IMG/VR virus record: IMGVR_UViG_3300037047_000308
Span: 1-41,887 of that record
Strand: one strand, 5' to 3'
Length of the DNA: 41,887 nt
Source: a virus
Taxonomy: Duplodnaviria > Caudoviricetes
Shown here: positions 31,661 to 41,887 of the stretch, one piece after another
Layout: each line of letters begins with the position of its first letter
Position numbering within the stretch: position 1 is the first letter of the stretch
Made by a program: the position numbers and the translations under genes
The notes under the pieces: generated by a model
What the model was told of the DNA's origin: nothing
What the model saw: only the letters and a program-made list of their open reading frames with translations
Database searches by the model: none

Positions 31661-34150
31661 ATGAACGAAATCAAATTAGTTATTACCACAGATTCATCCG
31701 GGGCCGTCACCGGTGTAAAGAACCTTGAGTCACAGATAGGCTCATCGTCAGACGCCATGACGGGCAAGCTGAAAAACGTAGCCGTCGCCCTGGGCGCCGC
31801 CTTCGGCGCTCGGGAGATCGTCAACAGCATCAAAGATTATACCCTCCTGGCGGCCCGCGTCGAGACCCTTGGCGTTGTCCTTGATGTGGTCGGGAGAAAT
31901 GCCGGCAAGTCTCAATCCCAGATGCAGGCCTATGCGGAAGGGGTAAAATCCATGGGCATCACAACCCAGGAATCGCTCCAGACCGTCATCCGCATGAGCC
32001 AGGCGCAAATGGATCTCAATAAATCGTCAGACCTGGCCCGCGTTGCCCAGGACGCGGCAGTCATCGGCAGCACCAATTCCAGCGACGCCCTGAACAAACT
32101 GGTCTACGGGATCCAGAGCGCCCAGGTTGAGATACTGCGGACCATCGGTATCAATGTTTCCTTTGAGGAGTCCTATAAAAAACTAGGCCAACAATTGGGC
32201 ACAACTTCGGAAAAACTTAACGAACAGCAGAAGGTACAGGCACGAACAGACGCGGTCATGGAAGCAGGCACACGCATTGCCGGCGCCTATGAGGCTTCCA
32301 TGGGCACCGTCGGCAAGCAGCTCACCAGCCTCGCCCGGTATTCTGAAGAAGCCGAACGAAAAATAGGAAAGCTTTTTACTCCCGCCCTGTCGGTAGCAGT
32401 TATAGAACTAACAGAAAGTCTTAAGAATTTGAACTCCGAAATGGATTCACTCAAAAAGACCGGCGACACCGACTCATGGGCAAAACAGATTGCCGACGGC
32501 ATGAGAGACATTATCGCAGAGGCATACCGTCTCGGCATGCTTCTGGATAAGATTGGCGGAACCCTCACCGCCATAGGGTATTATGGTTCTTTCGGCACAA
32601 GCGAAAAGATGAAGGGCTGGAATAAAACGTTTGAGGAACGATACAAATCCTCCGACCACATGCTTATGGATATGGCCATGCGCTCCTCGGGATTTCGGAG
32701 GCTGGGCGACGAAGAGCTTGAATATGCCTCAGGGTTTTCACCGACAGAGTCAGTCGCTGGACAGACACTCTACTATACCAGGCAGGCGGAACAGCCAAAG
32801 CCTTCCTTTGGAGCAGGAGTGGCCGCAGGCGGTAAAAGCCCTGCCGGCCCTACCGCAGCCGAGTTAAAAAAGCTTACCGGCGCCCAGAGAGAATGGGGCG
32901 AGAAAATCGATCTCATGAACCCGTCGCTGGACGAATTTGATAAAAAAGTACTTCAGATTGAGCAGGACGCCCAGAAGCTCAGAGATCAATTCGGCGACCA
33001 GGCGTGGATAACAGAAGGCGAGGAATGGGGTAAAGCATACATACAATGGGCGGAAGACATTGCCGCCGCACAGAAACAGGCCGAAATGGCAGCCCAGGCT
33101 GCCGCAGAGATGGAACGCGTCGCCGCAGAGAACAAACAGAAAGCCCTCGATCTCACGTTAAAGCTGGCCAACGCAGAAGCCCAACGGGCGGAGATGAATC
33201 TTGGCTACGATCAGCACGAGCTTGAACTCAAGCACCGGTATGGAGAGATCGGTTCCGGTCAGGCCGCATCAGCCGCTTTCGATATGGATGTCCGCCGGTT
33301 GGAGATAGCGCGCGATCACCTGTCTGTTGAGATTCAGAAGCGAACTGAAGCAACAACCTATGAAGATACGGAAAACGGGATACTCACGCTCGGTTTGCAG
33401 AAAAAAGCCGTTGAAGAAGAGATCAACCGCCTCCTCGGGCTGCGCAGCGCCATCCTCAAAGAACACGAAGGAACAATGGGCGAGGGCTTTGCAACGGGCT
33501 GGAACAAATACTTTGACGACATGGGTAGCCAGTTTCATCGCGGCGAGCGTCTGGCGCAGGATTTAGGGCGGTCCATGCACGATGCCCTGGAAGACATGTT
33601 TTTTGATCCCACACAGGCAAGCTGGGAAAACCTCTGGAACAGCATGCGGCGCATAGCTGCACAACAAATGGCCGACCTCGCCATGGACTTGCTGAAGGGC
33701 CAGTCGGGCGGATCAGGCGGCATCGGAGGTCTGTTCAGCGCCATCGCAGGGCTTTTCGGTTTCGGCGGCCCGAGCGCCGAAGCAATGAAAATAGGCGCGG
33801 GAGAGGCAGCGGCGTGGGGGTACACAGGCCACACAGGCGGCACAGGCAACGAGCTGAAACGGACGCCCATGTTTGTCATCCCCTCCATCCTGTCAAAAGC
33901 TCACGGAGGCTTAGGCCCCCGGGAGCGCGTGACGGTCACCCTGGATGATGAGACGATCTTCACGGCGGGCCAGACCCGCGCGTTAGGGCTGATGGCGAGG
34001 CGCGGCGGGGCGCAGGCCCAGCCGGTGAACATCACCATCAACGCCCTCGATTCCGCCAATGTGGCGGAGTGGGTGTACAACAACCAGGACATCCTCGCAT
34101 CGGCGGGCATGGCTGCTGCAAGGGAGAATCATCCCTCCAGGAAGATGTGA
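31661..34150 (+). CDS. Tail tape measure protein
   Basis: 829 aa Ala/Glu-rich helical protein, IKLVITTD start, Gly-rich GGIGGLF and VNITINALDS C-terminus. Confidence 0.85.
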   Translation: MNEIKLVITTDSSGAVTGVKNLESQIGSSSDAMTGKLKNVAVALGAAFGAREIVNSIKDYTLLAARVETLGVVLDVVGRNAGKSQSQMQAYAEGVKSMGITTQESLQTVIRMSQAQMDLNKSSDLARVAQDAAVIGSTNSSDALNKLVYGIQSAQVEILRTIGINVSFEESYKKLGQQLGTTSEKLNEQQKVQARTDAVMEAGTRIAGAYEASMGTVGKQLTSLARYSEEAERKIGKLFTPALSVAVIELTESLKNLNSEMDSLKKTGDTDSWAKQIADGMRDIIAEAYRLGMLLDKIGGTLTAIGYYGSFGTSEKMKGWNKTFEERYKSSDHMLMDMAMRSSGFRRLGDEELEYASGFSPTESVAGQTLYYTRQAEQPKPSFGAGVAAGGKSPAGPTAAELKKLTGAQREWGEKIDLMNPSLDEFDKKVLQIEQDAQKLRDQFGDQAWITEGEEWGKAYIQWAEDIAAAQKQAEMAAQAAAEMERVAAENKQKALDLTLKLANAEAQRAEMNLGYDQHELELKHRYGEIGSGQAASAAFDMDVRRLEIARDHLSVEIQKRTEATTYEDTENGILTLGLQKKAVEEEINRLLGLRSAILKEHEGTMGEGFATGWNKYFDDMGSQFHRGERLAQDLGRSMHDALEDMFFDPTQASWENLWNSMRRIAAQQMADLAMDLLKGQSGGSGGIGGLFSAIAGLFGFGGPSAEAMKIGAGEAAAWGYTGHTGGTGNELKRTPMFVIPSILSKAHGGLGPRERVTVTLDDETIFTAGQTRALGLMARRGGAQAQPVNITINALDSANVAEWVYNNQDILASAGMAAARENHPSRKM

Positions 34151-34151
34151 C

Positions 34152-34685
34152 ATGCCGCTCAACTTCCCGACCGTCAAATCAAAATATAGCCTCATTGAGA
34201 TGCCGTCATACGACGTGACGATCATCAAGTACGGATTCCGGGTTGAACAGCGCATCCTCAACGACCCCGACCCGGTGCGGACATTTGAGATGAACTTCGA
34301 GTCCCTCCTGTTGTCCGATGCGGTCCTTATCCTCAACTTCTTTCACGCCCGGCATGGGAACTACGAATCATTCTATTTGCAGAACCGGGAGGAGGCATAC
34401 CGGCCCGCCCCCTGGCGGCCGGCAACAACGTACTACGCAGGCGATATCGTCAGGCCCGTTTCTCCCAACGGCAGATCGTACCGATGCACCACGGCGGGAA
34501 CGTCCCACGCAGCGGACGAGCCAACCTGGCCCGCCCTCTACCACGGCACGGTTTTGGATAACTCCGCCGTCTGGACGGAAAACAGCCGGAGGGTGAGGTT
34601 CGTAGAACCCTCGACACGGTTCGACAACTTCAAATACAGCCTCTATTCCTTCGGCGCGATTCAATTCCTTGAGGTTCCCGAATGA
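34152..34685 (+). CDS. DUF2460-like distal tail protein with inserted carbohydrate-binding-like module
   Basis: G.RVEQR, FFHARHGNYESF, VRF; insert WRPATTYYAGDIV..NGRSYRCTTAGTS..EPTWP. Confidence 0.7.
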   Translation: MPLNFPTVKSKYSLIEMPSYDVTIIKYGFRVEQRILNDPDPVRTFEMNFESLLLSDAVLILNFFHARHGNYESFYLQNREEAYRPAPWRPATTYYAGDIVRPVSPNGRSYRCTTAGTSHAADEPTWPALYHGTVLDNSAVWTENSRRVRFVEPSTRFDNFKYSLYSFGAIQFLEVPE

Positions 34686-35518
34686 GCCTCGATACGGCCA
34701 AAACTCAGCTTACAATCTGCACGTGCTATGCCTTTGAGCTGCCCATTGGCATCAACGCCTATTTTACCGATTGGGGGCAGGATCTGGCCTTCCTCGGCCA
34801 AACCTATACGGCCGTGCCCATCCGCCGCTCCGCCATCAAGATCAACACGGACATGCAGACCGACAGGGTGGATATCTCCATCGGTATCATCGGCATCACC
34901 ATCGGGGAGGCGGCCTACACCCTGTGGCAGATCGTGCGCCACGGGTTCCTGCGAAACGCGAAAGTGACCGTCTACACCGTCGATTATACCGCCCCGGAAA
35001 ACTACCTCCTGCGGTACATGGGATATGTCCGGGGAGACATCAAGCCGGGGCCCGGCACAATCTCCTTTTCGGCAGTCTCAATAATCGGCAGGCTCCACGA
35101 GCTGCCTGTTCCGGCTATCCTCTACGGCAGGGAGTGCCCACTCACCATCTACTCTGCCCGGTGCGGCCTCGACCCCGGCGACTGGGACGAAAGCGCAGCG
35201 GCAGAGAATGGCTCTACAAACCGGCTTCTCTATGACGGTGTTTTTGCCTATGCGCACCATGCAGCCGGGTACTGGCTGGGCGCGAAAATAACATTCACCT
35301 CGGGTGACAATACCGGCATATCCGGCAGCGTGATCGACCACAAAGACGGCTCCGTAAAGCTTTTGACGCCCCTGCCTGCCGCGATAGGAACCGGCGACGG
35401 GTTCACCGCATGGCCCCACTGCCGGCGGCAGGGCTCGGCGTGCCACGGCATTTTTGACAATTATGCAAACTATCTGGGCTTTGAGTATATGCCCAATCCG
35501 GAGGCGCTCTTTGCGTAA
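34682..35518 (+). CDS. DUF2163/BR0599-like tail hub protein
   Basis: YFTDW.QDL, C...IY...CGL, ITFTSGDN.G, C-terminal C..C..FDNYANYLGFEYMP. Confidence 0.8.
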   Translation: MSLDTAKTQLTICTCYAFELPIGINAYFTDWGQDLAFLGQTYTAVPIRRSAIKINTDMQTDRVDISIGIIGITIGEAAYTLWQIVRHGFLRNAKVTVYTVDYTAPENYLLRYMGYVRGDIKPGPGTISFSAVSIIGRLHELPVPAILYGRECPLTIYSARCGLDPGDWDESAAAENGSTNRLLYDGVFAYAHHAAGYWLGAKITFTSGDNTGISGSVIDHKDGSVKLLTPLPAAIGTGDGFTAWPHCRRQGSACHGIFDNYANYLGFEYMPNPEALFA

Positions 35519-35526
35519 TAAAACCA

Positions 35527-35589
35527 GTGAAAAGTGAAACGTTAGAAGTGAAAAGTGAAACGATGAACGACGAACAAGGAACGACGAAC
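35527..35589 (+). repeat. Composite heptamer tract x9 (GTGAAAM then GACGAAC types)
   Basis: GTGAAAA GTGAAAC GTTAGAA GTGAAAA GTGAAAC GATGAAC GACGAAC AAGGAAC GACGAAC. Confidence 0.85.
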
Positions 35590-36021
35590 GAGATAATTAT
35601 CGCTGAAGCACGTTCCTGGCTCGGCACAAAGTGGCGCCACGGCCAGCGCGTCAAGCATGAGGGGACCGACTGCGTGGGGTTCATCATCGAACTCGGCAAG
35701 ACCTTCGGCTGGATACCGGCCGACTATATACCGCCTGTCTATTCATCCCAGCACGCGCTCCATCGGGCCGAGTCGCTCCTGAACGCAGAACTCGCCAGAT
35801 TCGCAGACCCCGTTGCGCCGCCGGTGAAAGACATGACCGCCTGGCGCGCGGGCGATATCCTGGCATTCCGCTATGAACGCACCGCAGGCCATGCGGGCAT
35901 CTACATCGGGGAGGGCAGGATGATCCACTCCTATATGCCCCGCAAAAAAGTCATCGAATCCCCGGTCAGGGAATTCCTCTCCACCCTTGATTCGGTCTGG
36001 AGGCCCCGTGCAGACGTCTAA
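35527..36021 (+). CDS. NlpC/P60 tail-associated peptidase; first 63 bp are a heptamer tract so the true start is uncertain
   Basis: EARSWLGTKWRH, GTDCVG, GDILAF, HAGIY, MIHS. Confidence 0.88.
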   Translation: MKSETLEVKSETMNDEQGTTNEIIIAEARSWLGTKWRHGQRVKHEGTDCVGFIIELGKTFGWIPADYIPPVYSSQHALHRAESLLNAELARFADPVAPPVKDMTAWRAGDILAFRYERTAGHAGIYIGEGRMIHSYMPRKKVIESPVREFLSTLDSVWRPRADV

Positions 36022-39000
36022 CGCATCGGCATTTCAGCTCGGCACGGCCGTCATGGGCGCAGTAATCGGTTCTTTTGCCGGCAACCCGCTCATGGGCTTT
36101 CAGATCGGCATGATGGCCGGCTCGTTCCTTTTCCTGCCCAAGGCCAAAGACGCGAACAACGTCATCAAGGCGTCTGACTTGCAGATGCCCCGGTGCGAGA
36201 CGGGCATCCCCATACCGGTCATGTACGGCGCATTCGGCCCGGTGTCCGGGAACGTAGTGTATTTCGGCAACAAGGTCAAGCATACCCATGTCCAGGAGAC
36301 AGAAGGCAAAGGCGGCGCCGGTGGTCAGAAAACGATCTACTATACCTATACGGCAGATTTTGCCATGGTTATCGGCTGGGGACCGGGCACGGTGCTCCGG
36401 GCATACGCAGGGGGCCGCGAACTGGAAATGGACTCCTTCCGCATCTACGACGGAACCCAGACCGACCCCGATCCCATCTTCAACGCCCTGCCCCGCAAGC
36501 CCGTGTGGAAGGGCCTGATCCTCATCTGCGCCGAACAGTACGATTTCGGCACGGCGGGCCAGTTCCCCATGTTTGAGTTCGATGTGGCCCGGAAAAAGGC
36601 CGTCGACCCCGCAGGGACCGGATACTGGGCAGGAGAGACAATCCCGGTGGCAGGCGGCATTGACATCTATGGCGATGATCTCTATCTGGCCGGGGGTGCC
36701 TCGGAAACCGCTCCCCTCATCACCATCTATGACCCGTGGATCCGGCGGGATGATACCGTGCCGGGGACTATACCTGCGGCTGCCAAAAGCATTGCCGTAT
36801 CCCCTGAGCGGGCCTTTCTGGTGGAGTGGGCAGACTCGCCCCTTATTGTCTACGTGTACGGCCGGTCCGATATGGCCTATCAGACCGCCATTGATCTCAC
36901 CGGCACCGCGAACCGCATATTCGCCATAGCCTGCGACCAGCAGAAGCTGTATGTAATCTATAACAACATCTCCAACGCGGTCCGGATCAGACGCTACAAT
37001 TGCAGCGATCTCTCCCTGGAGGCTACCTTTACAATCACCGGCATATCGACGGGCCGCGTCATTGCCGACCTGGCCGTTGACCCCGATTACTATTATCTTG
37101 CCGACACGGCAAACGCCAAGGTGTGGCAGATCCCCAGGGCGACCCTTTCCGCAACCGCCAGAACCATTCCCTCCGGTACGCCTTCCGGCGTTGCCGTGGA
37201 TAACCTTGGCCGGATATGGGCGGCAGGGGGAGGCGCCGCCGTCTACGTCTATGCACAGGATTGGACTCTCCTGGCAACCGTTTCCGGCGCCGGCATTACC
37301 GCAGCCGCATCGGTGCGGCTCTTTTCCGTTAGACACCGCCTGGCCGTATTGAACATGTCGGGTGATTCCGGGTCCATCGCCGTCCTTTCCGCCGGAGAAC
37401 TCACCCAGGATGTGGTCCCTGGCTTCAGCTTCGAACGCTCCTGGAGGCTTGCGCCAGCCACCACGGACATAACCCGCCTTGCAGCGGGAGAGGCCCTCCT
37501 TGCGGCCATCGAGAAACCCTCGGACGATATCTATGTCTATTCCCACACGGGCGACCATATCAACACCATTGCCGGCACATGGATTGACGTTACAGTCAAC
37601 GGGACGGGCGTCTACGGCGTCCCGGACGGCAGCAGCATCTCATTCTACGCGGGGGGCACAGGGGCCGCAGACACGCGGAACGTCGGGAGCGACGTGACCG
37701 GCGCAGGGGGCACATTCACGGCGTGCATGTTTGCTGCAGCCGGCAAGGACATGATCAACGGCAATCTCAAGTTCTATGTCCTCTATCGGGCAGGAGCGCA
37801 ACGCAAGATCGCCGAGTACACCCTTTCATCGGACGGAAAGGTGTCCACCGCCGACTTTGAGGGCATTATCGACACCAAAGGCGCGGGCGCGGTTGAAGAT
37901 CTGGAGGCAAGCCCGGACGGTTACGGCCTGCTCATGCTCCGCGGGGCCGTTGTCTGGCATTACGACCAGACCTGGCAGAAAGCCAAAAGCAGGGTGCGCC
38001 CCTACCTCTCCCTTGCCTGGCTGCCCGACGCATCAAGATACGTTTCCTGCGAGGCGGACAGCGTCATCTTTCACGGCCAGAGCGGCACCCCGGAAAAGAC
38101 CCACAATGACGCCTCCCGCATGACCGCCCTGCGGGCTGTCGCCTATTTTGGGGGGCGCATATTTGCAGCGGACAAACTGGCCGCAGCAGGACAGTCCCGC
38201 ATCCTCGTCTATATTGACGAGTCCCATCCCGCCTCTACCGCAGGCCCCTGGCTGCCCGCCGATATCGCCCATGACATGCTCGCCGACATGTCCTACGGCG
38301 CAGGAATAGACCCTGACCTCATCGACGCCGAACCCGGCAGGCTGGTCAATTCCTACGCGGCGCGGCACGGGCTTGAGCTTGCCCCATACTACACGACCCA
38401 GATGCCCGCCACTGATTTTCTGGAGGAGATCTGCGCCCATCACAACGGGTTTGTCCGCGTGGCGGAGGGCAAGATAGCTCACAGCCAGTTCTACTATGAC
38501 CCGTTTGACGAAGACTGCGCCTTTACGGAGATAACGGACAAGAGCGACGGGTTCTCGGAGGCGGGCGTTCTGGGGGAACAGTGGGAGATCGTCGGGCCGG
38601 TGGGGCCAAATCTGATACAAAATGGAGGGTTTGAGGAGGGGGTTGAAGGATGGACTCCGATAAACGCCACTCTTGCAAGCATATCCGGAGGCGTATATGG
38701 TAAATGTCTCGAATTGACAATGACAGATGGGAGCGTACAAGTTGCAGCGCAGATATTTTCCTCTCTCACTCCGGGCAATATATACATGATGGCTGCCTAT
38801 GCTAAATCAGGTACCTCTGGAGATGTGGCCTTTGGGCTATACCTACAGGAGGATGGTGTAGGTAATAGATACAATATAGATGGCATTACGGAGGGCGACT
38901 GGGTAAAACACAGACTCACATTTACCGTTGCAGATATTATCAACAAGATCATATTGATTAAAGGTACGGCCTCCCCGGGAACCATGCTTTTTGATGAAGT

Positions 39001-41887
39001 ATCGCTCCAGGAGATACCGGACATCACCATCCCGGGCGGCAAACTGACTATCTCCCGCGATGGGTCAGAACAGGTAAACATAGGGCTCATTCATGCCGAT
39101 CAAACCTACGGCGCGTTTGACATCAGAATAGATTTTATGGATTTTTCGGCAACAATTCCATCTGACGGGCAATACGCCTGGGCAGGCCTGAAATTTATTA
39201 TCGATGACGACAACTGGGTTCAGGTGGCAATCAGAAAGGGGTACAGTGGTCAGCTTGTGTACCAGACCATGATTGTTATTGGCGGAGCGGCGGATGGGCA
39301 CGGCGAATATACCTCCGATACATCCGGCACCCTCAGAATTGTCCGCAAAGGGCAGACGGTCTACCCATACTATCGTGCCGACTCAGGCTGGCACTTACTA
39401 GCAGGCAAGGCATATGGCGGATTTCCGGCATCGGGCGGGAGACCGTGCGTCTTTGTCTATGGCAGCGCCGAAGTGGAACAAAGCTGTTCATTTATCAACT
39501 ATGTCCACATGGAATCCTTTGAGGCCATCTACCCGGAGCACATCGTCCGGGAGATCGTCTCGCGCTCCGGAAAATCGTCCCCCAAGGCAAACCCGGTGGA
39601 AATCGCATCCTCCGGCAGCCGGGACAGGCCCAACCAGGTGACGGTGGAATTCAGCAGGGCCTTTGTGGGGGCGTCCATTACCGGGATCGCCCGCGCAGAC
39701 GACCTGGTCGACATCGGGGCGAACGGAACGGTGCCGGCGACAATCAGGCTCGCCGCCATCAGGAGGGCGTCGGCAGCGCGCTACATGGCAAACCTGAACC
39801 TCATGCGGGCCATCGCCGGGCAGGATACCCTTGCTTTTCAGGTGGGTTGGAAAACCACGCTAACCGCCGGAGATCTCCGATGGATTACTTATCCTGAGTG
39901 CGAGCTAGACCACGTGCCTATCAGGATTGTTTCAGAGCAGCTAACAGAGCACGGCACGCGCCAGGTTACGGCCGTCCGGGAAGAGGATATTTATGACGCC
40001 GGCCAGTATGCCGACGACCTCCCGCTCTACCCTGAGCGCCTCAAACCCGCCTATCCGGGGGACTGCGAAAACGTCCGGGCCATCCTGGTGGCGGCGGAAT
40101 TCTCTGCGCCGCTGGATTATGACCTGGACATTTTTTTCACCGCGCCGGATAACGACTCCTGGGCGGGAGCGGCCTTATATATGGCATACGCCGAAGAGGG
40201 CGACTACGTTCTGAAATCAACAACCCAGGCGGGGGGCATTCTTGGCGTCGTTGCCGCCGTGGGAGACTCCGGAGGGACGAAATACATCGACGTGACCCTG
40301 TACACCGACGACGATCTGGCGAGCCTCACGGCGCTGGCAAGCTATTTTCAGAACCTGGCATGGATCGACTGCGGGGACGCGGCCCACTGGTTCCAGTTTA
40401 CTGACGTGACGCTGATAAGCGGGCGCACCTGGAGGCTGACCGGCCTCGTGTGGAATACCAATTCCCTGGCAACCGACAACAGTTACGGAGACGCAGCAGC
40501 CGCCGACCCGGTGGCCTTTTACGCCCGGAGGCCGTTCATTCTCGACATCCCGGACGCAGACCTGGGCGCGCCGCTGTATTTCAAAGTGGCGTCCGTCAAC
40601 ACCCGGAACATGATCCAGTCCCTGGCCGACGTAGACCACATTACCATTACTATAAGCGCCCGCAACACCGTCCCTTCCATCGGCGATTACGTGGAGGGCA
40701 ACCCCGCCCCGCTTGCGGGAGACGCGGTCCATTACGAGTCATCCGATAACCGGTATTACCGGGCAAACACCTTGACCCGTCCGAACGTTGTCGGCGTCAA
40801 GGACGGGATGGGAAAGATCATACTGTCCGGGCCCGGGCGTAAGCTCCGGGGCCTCACTCCCGGGTCTGCGTATTATCTGGCATGCCCGCCTATTGCGGAA
40901 CAGGATTTTTACACAGGGTGTGATTTTGAGTTTTCTTGGACGCCGTCTCTCAGCTCTCCACGATCGGCGCAGGGGTTTAGCCTTGCATCGGCAGGAAAGG
41001 TGATTACAGGCATTGCCATGTGGATGGTGAAGTACGGCGCCCCGGCATACAACGTCTGTTTGTATCTGCGGGCAGATGACGGCGCCGGAAAGCCCTCTCA
41101 AAACATATTGGCAAAATCTGAATGGTTGCCGGGTTCAGATATGCCTCCCATTGCCGCTGTGAACAAGCGGGTATACTTTCGTTTCTTCGAATTTGTTGAA
41201 CTTCAACCGTCGACAACATATCACATAAGCGTCGAGGTTGATCTTCCTGATACAACTTCTCCTGTGAATTGGGGCAATAATTATGTAAAAACATATGGTG
41301 ATAATGAAGGGTTCACGTCCGGTAAATGGCATTATCACAGCGCCGGCGGCGCATGGACGGAAATAGCATCGGTGGATTATGCCATGGCCCTTGACCTTGC
41401 CGATGTCGCCGATACGTCCGCCCCGAACATCACAACAACGCACCCGTTTGACACGGCAAACTTTGCGCCGGTCATCGGGATGCTGCCGGTGCGGAAGGTA
41501 GGGCTTGCGACGTCTGTTTCGGAGATGATGGTTGCAGTCGACTGGCTGTGGCCTGCGGTGGTCTTTTCTGACTGGGAAACCACATGGTCGGGTGACCAGA
41601 TGCACAATGTCGCTACTATTGATCTCCTGGGGGCGGAAAAGCTGTTGATGCTGTTTTGCTTCTGGGCATCGACATACGGCGATAACACCGAGGCACGGGC
41701 ATATTGCAACGGCGTAGCCGGGACCTTGTTTGAATATGATAATGATATTGCCCCTTTCCAGCAGATGTTCCGGGCTCAGGTGTTCACCAAGGAGGATATT
41801 CAGTTGGGCGCTAGAAAATACCTGTACATTGATTTAGGCGCTGCAGGCACCCCGAAAGCGGGGCGCATAACTGTATTAAAGGTGTAA
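36008..41887 (+). CDS. Large tail-tip/host-specificity protein (GTA g15/phage J-like scaffold) with propeller-like, CBM-like and ConA-like insertions
   Basis: GIPIPVMYG..VSGNVVY, GKGG..YTYTADFA, PNQVTVEF, LTAGDL, WAGAALY, LYFKVASVN; follows DUF2163 and NlpC/P60; RBS GGAGG before GTG 36008. Confidence 0.82.
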   Translation: MQTSNASAFQLGTAVMGAVIGSFAGNPLMGFQIGMMAGSFLFLPKAKDANNVIKASDLQMPRCETGIPIPVMYGAFGPVSGNVVYFGNKVKHTHVQETEGKGGAGGQKTIYYTYTADFAMVIGWGPGTVLRAYAGGRELEMDSFRIYDGTQTDPDPIFNALPRKPVWKGLILICAEQYDFGTAGQFPMFEFDVARKKAVDPAGTGYWAGETIPVAGGIDIYGDDLYLAGGASETAPLITIYDPWIRRDDTVPGTIPAAAKSIAVSPERAFLVEWADSPLIVYVYGRSDMAYQTAIDLTGTANRIFAIACDQQKLYVIYNNISNAVRIRRYNCSDLSLEATFTITGISTGRVIADLAVDPDYYYLADTANAKVWQIPRATLSATARTIPSGTPSGVAVDNLGRIWAAGGGAAVYVYAQDWTLLATVSGAGITAAASVRLFSVRHRLAVLNMSGDSGSIAVLSAGELTQDVVPGFSFERSWRLAPATTDITRLAAGEALLAAIEKPSDDIYVYSHTGDHINTIAGTWIDVTVNGTGVYGVPDGSSISFYAGGTGAADTRNVGSDVTGAGGTFTACMFAAAGKDMINGNLKFYVLYRAGAQRKIAEYTLSSDGKVSTADFEGIIDTKGAGAVEDLEASPDGYGLLMLRGAVVWHYDQTWQKAKSRVRPYLSLAWLPDASRYVSCEADSVIFHGQSGTPEKTHNDASRMTALRAVAYFGGRIFAADKLAAAGQSRILVYIDESHPASTAGPWLPADIAHDMLADMSYGAGIDPDLIDAEPGRLVNSYAARHGLELAPYYTTQMPATDFLEEICAHHNGFVRVAEGKIAHSQFYYDPFDEDCAFTEITDKSDGFSEAGVLGEQWEIVGPVGPNLIQNGGFEEGVEGWTPINATLASISGGVYGKCLELTMTDGSVQVAAQIFSSLTPGNIYMMAAYAKSGTSGDVAFGLYLQEDGVGNRYNIDGITEGDWVKHRLTFTVADIINKIILIKGTASPGTMLFDEVSLQEIPDITIPGGKLTISRDGSEQVNIGLIHADQTYGAFDIRIDFMDFSATIPSDGQYAWAGLKFIIDDDNWVQVAIRKGYSGQLVYQTMIVIGGAADGHGEYTSDTSGTLRIVRKGQTVYPYYRADSGWHLLAGKAYGGFPASGGRPCVFVYGSAEVEQSCSFINYVHMESFEAIYPEHIVREIVSRSGKSSPKANPVEIASSGSRDRPNQVTVEFSRAFVGASITGIARADDLVDIGANGTVPATIRLAAIRRASAARYMANLNLMRAIAGQDTLAFQVGWKTTLTAGDLRWITYPECELDHVPIRIVSEQLTEHGTRQVTAVREEDIYDAGQYADDLPLYPERLKPAYPGDCENVRAILVAAEFSAPLDYDLDIFFTAPDNDSWAGAALYMAYAEEGDYVLKSTTQAGGILGVVAAVGDSGGTKYIDVTLYTDDDLASLTALASYFQNLAWIDCGDAAHWFQFTDVTLISGRTWRLTGLVWNTNSLATDNSYGDAAAADPVAFYARRPFILDIPDADLGAPLYFKVASVNTRNMIQSLADVDHITITISARNTVPSIGDYVEGNPAPLAGDAVHYESSDNRYYRANTLTRPNVVGVKDGMGKIILSGPGRKLRGLTPGSAYYLACPPIAEQDFYTGCDFEFSWTPSLSSPRSAQGFSLASAGKVITGIAMWMVKYGAPAYNVCLYLRADDGAGKPSQNILAKSEWLPGSDMPPIAAVNKRVYFRFFEFVELQPSTTYHISVEVDLPDTTSPVNWGNNYVKTYGDNEGFTSGKWHYHSAGGAWTEIASVDYAMALDLADVADTSAPNITTTHPFDTANFAPVIGMLPVRKVGLATSVSEMMVAVDWLWPAVVFSDWETTWSGDQMHNVATIDLLGAEKLLMLFCFWASTYGDNTEARAYCNGVAGTLFEYDNDIAPFQQMFRAQVFTKEDIQLGARKYLYIDLGAAGTPKAGRITVLKV

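Noticed and set aside
16285-37558. Long minus-strand ORFs (16285-17349, 21737-22675, 27459-28268, 29710-30741, 35966-37558)
   Set aside because: Antisense shadows of well-supported plus-strand genes in GC-rich sequence, no motifs
34152-41887. Gene transfer agent
   Set aside because: Tail-tip order is GTA-like but shared with siphophages; the long tape measure, larger head module and accessory operon fit a prophage

Overview
Window = one host-type hybrid sensor kinase (4-1800) followed by ~40 kb of a tailed-phage (siphovirus-like) prophage, all on the + strand. Three blocks: (1) 2148-7367, an accessory/'leading-region-like' operon (short RadC/JAB, DUF3560, N6-adenine-type methyltransferase in frame with a DNA polymerase III beta-clamp domain, DUF488, ParB-like) closed by a REP-like palindrome and an intrinsic terminator; (2) ~7480-13980, an integron-type gene-cassette array: five intact attC sites of one family, two broken attC halves, two related attI-like sites, a Pc-like promoter, two tiny divergent M..QIIAFRK ORF stubs but no integron integrase, and eight cassette ORFs that look mostly defence-like (three PD-(D/E)XK-like, trypsin-like protease, NDT/TIR-like, membrane protein); (3) 14133-41887, a morphogenesis/lysis region (terminases, portal fused to a head-morphogenesis domain, protease/scaffold, capsid, amidase, tail tube, -1 frameshifting tail chaperone, tape measure, DUF2460/DUF2163/NlpC-P60/large tail-tip protein). 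The structural region carries many different 7-bp and 9-bp tandem repeat tracts, several in frame inside essential genes, and one pair forms a 29-bp perfect inverted repeat around the tail-chaperone locus. No phage integrase, repressor or replication initiator is visible in the window. All family assignments come from motif recognition by eye, not database searches.
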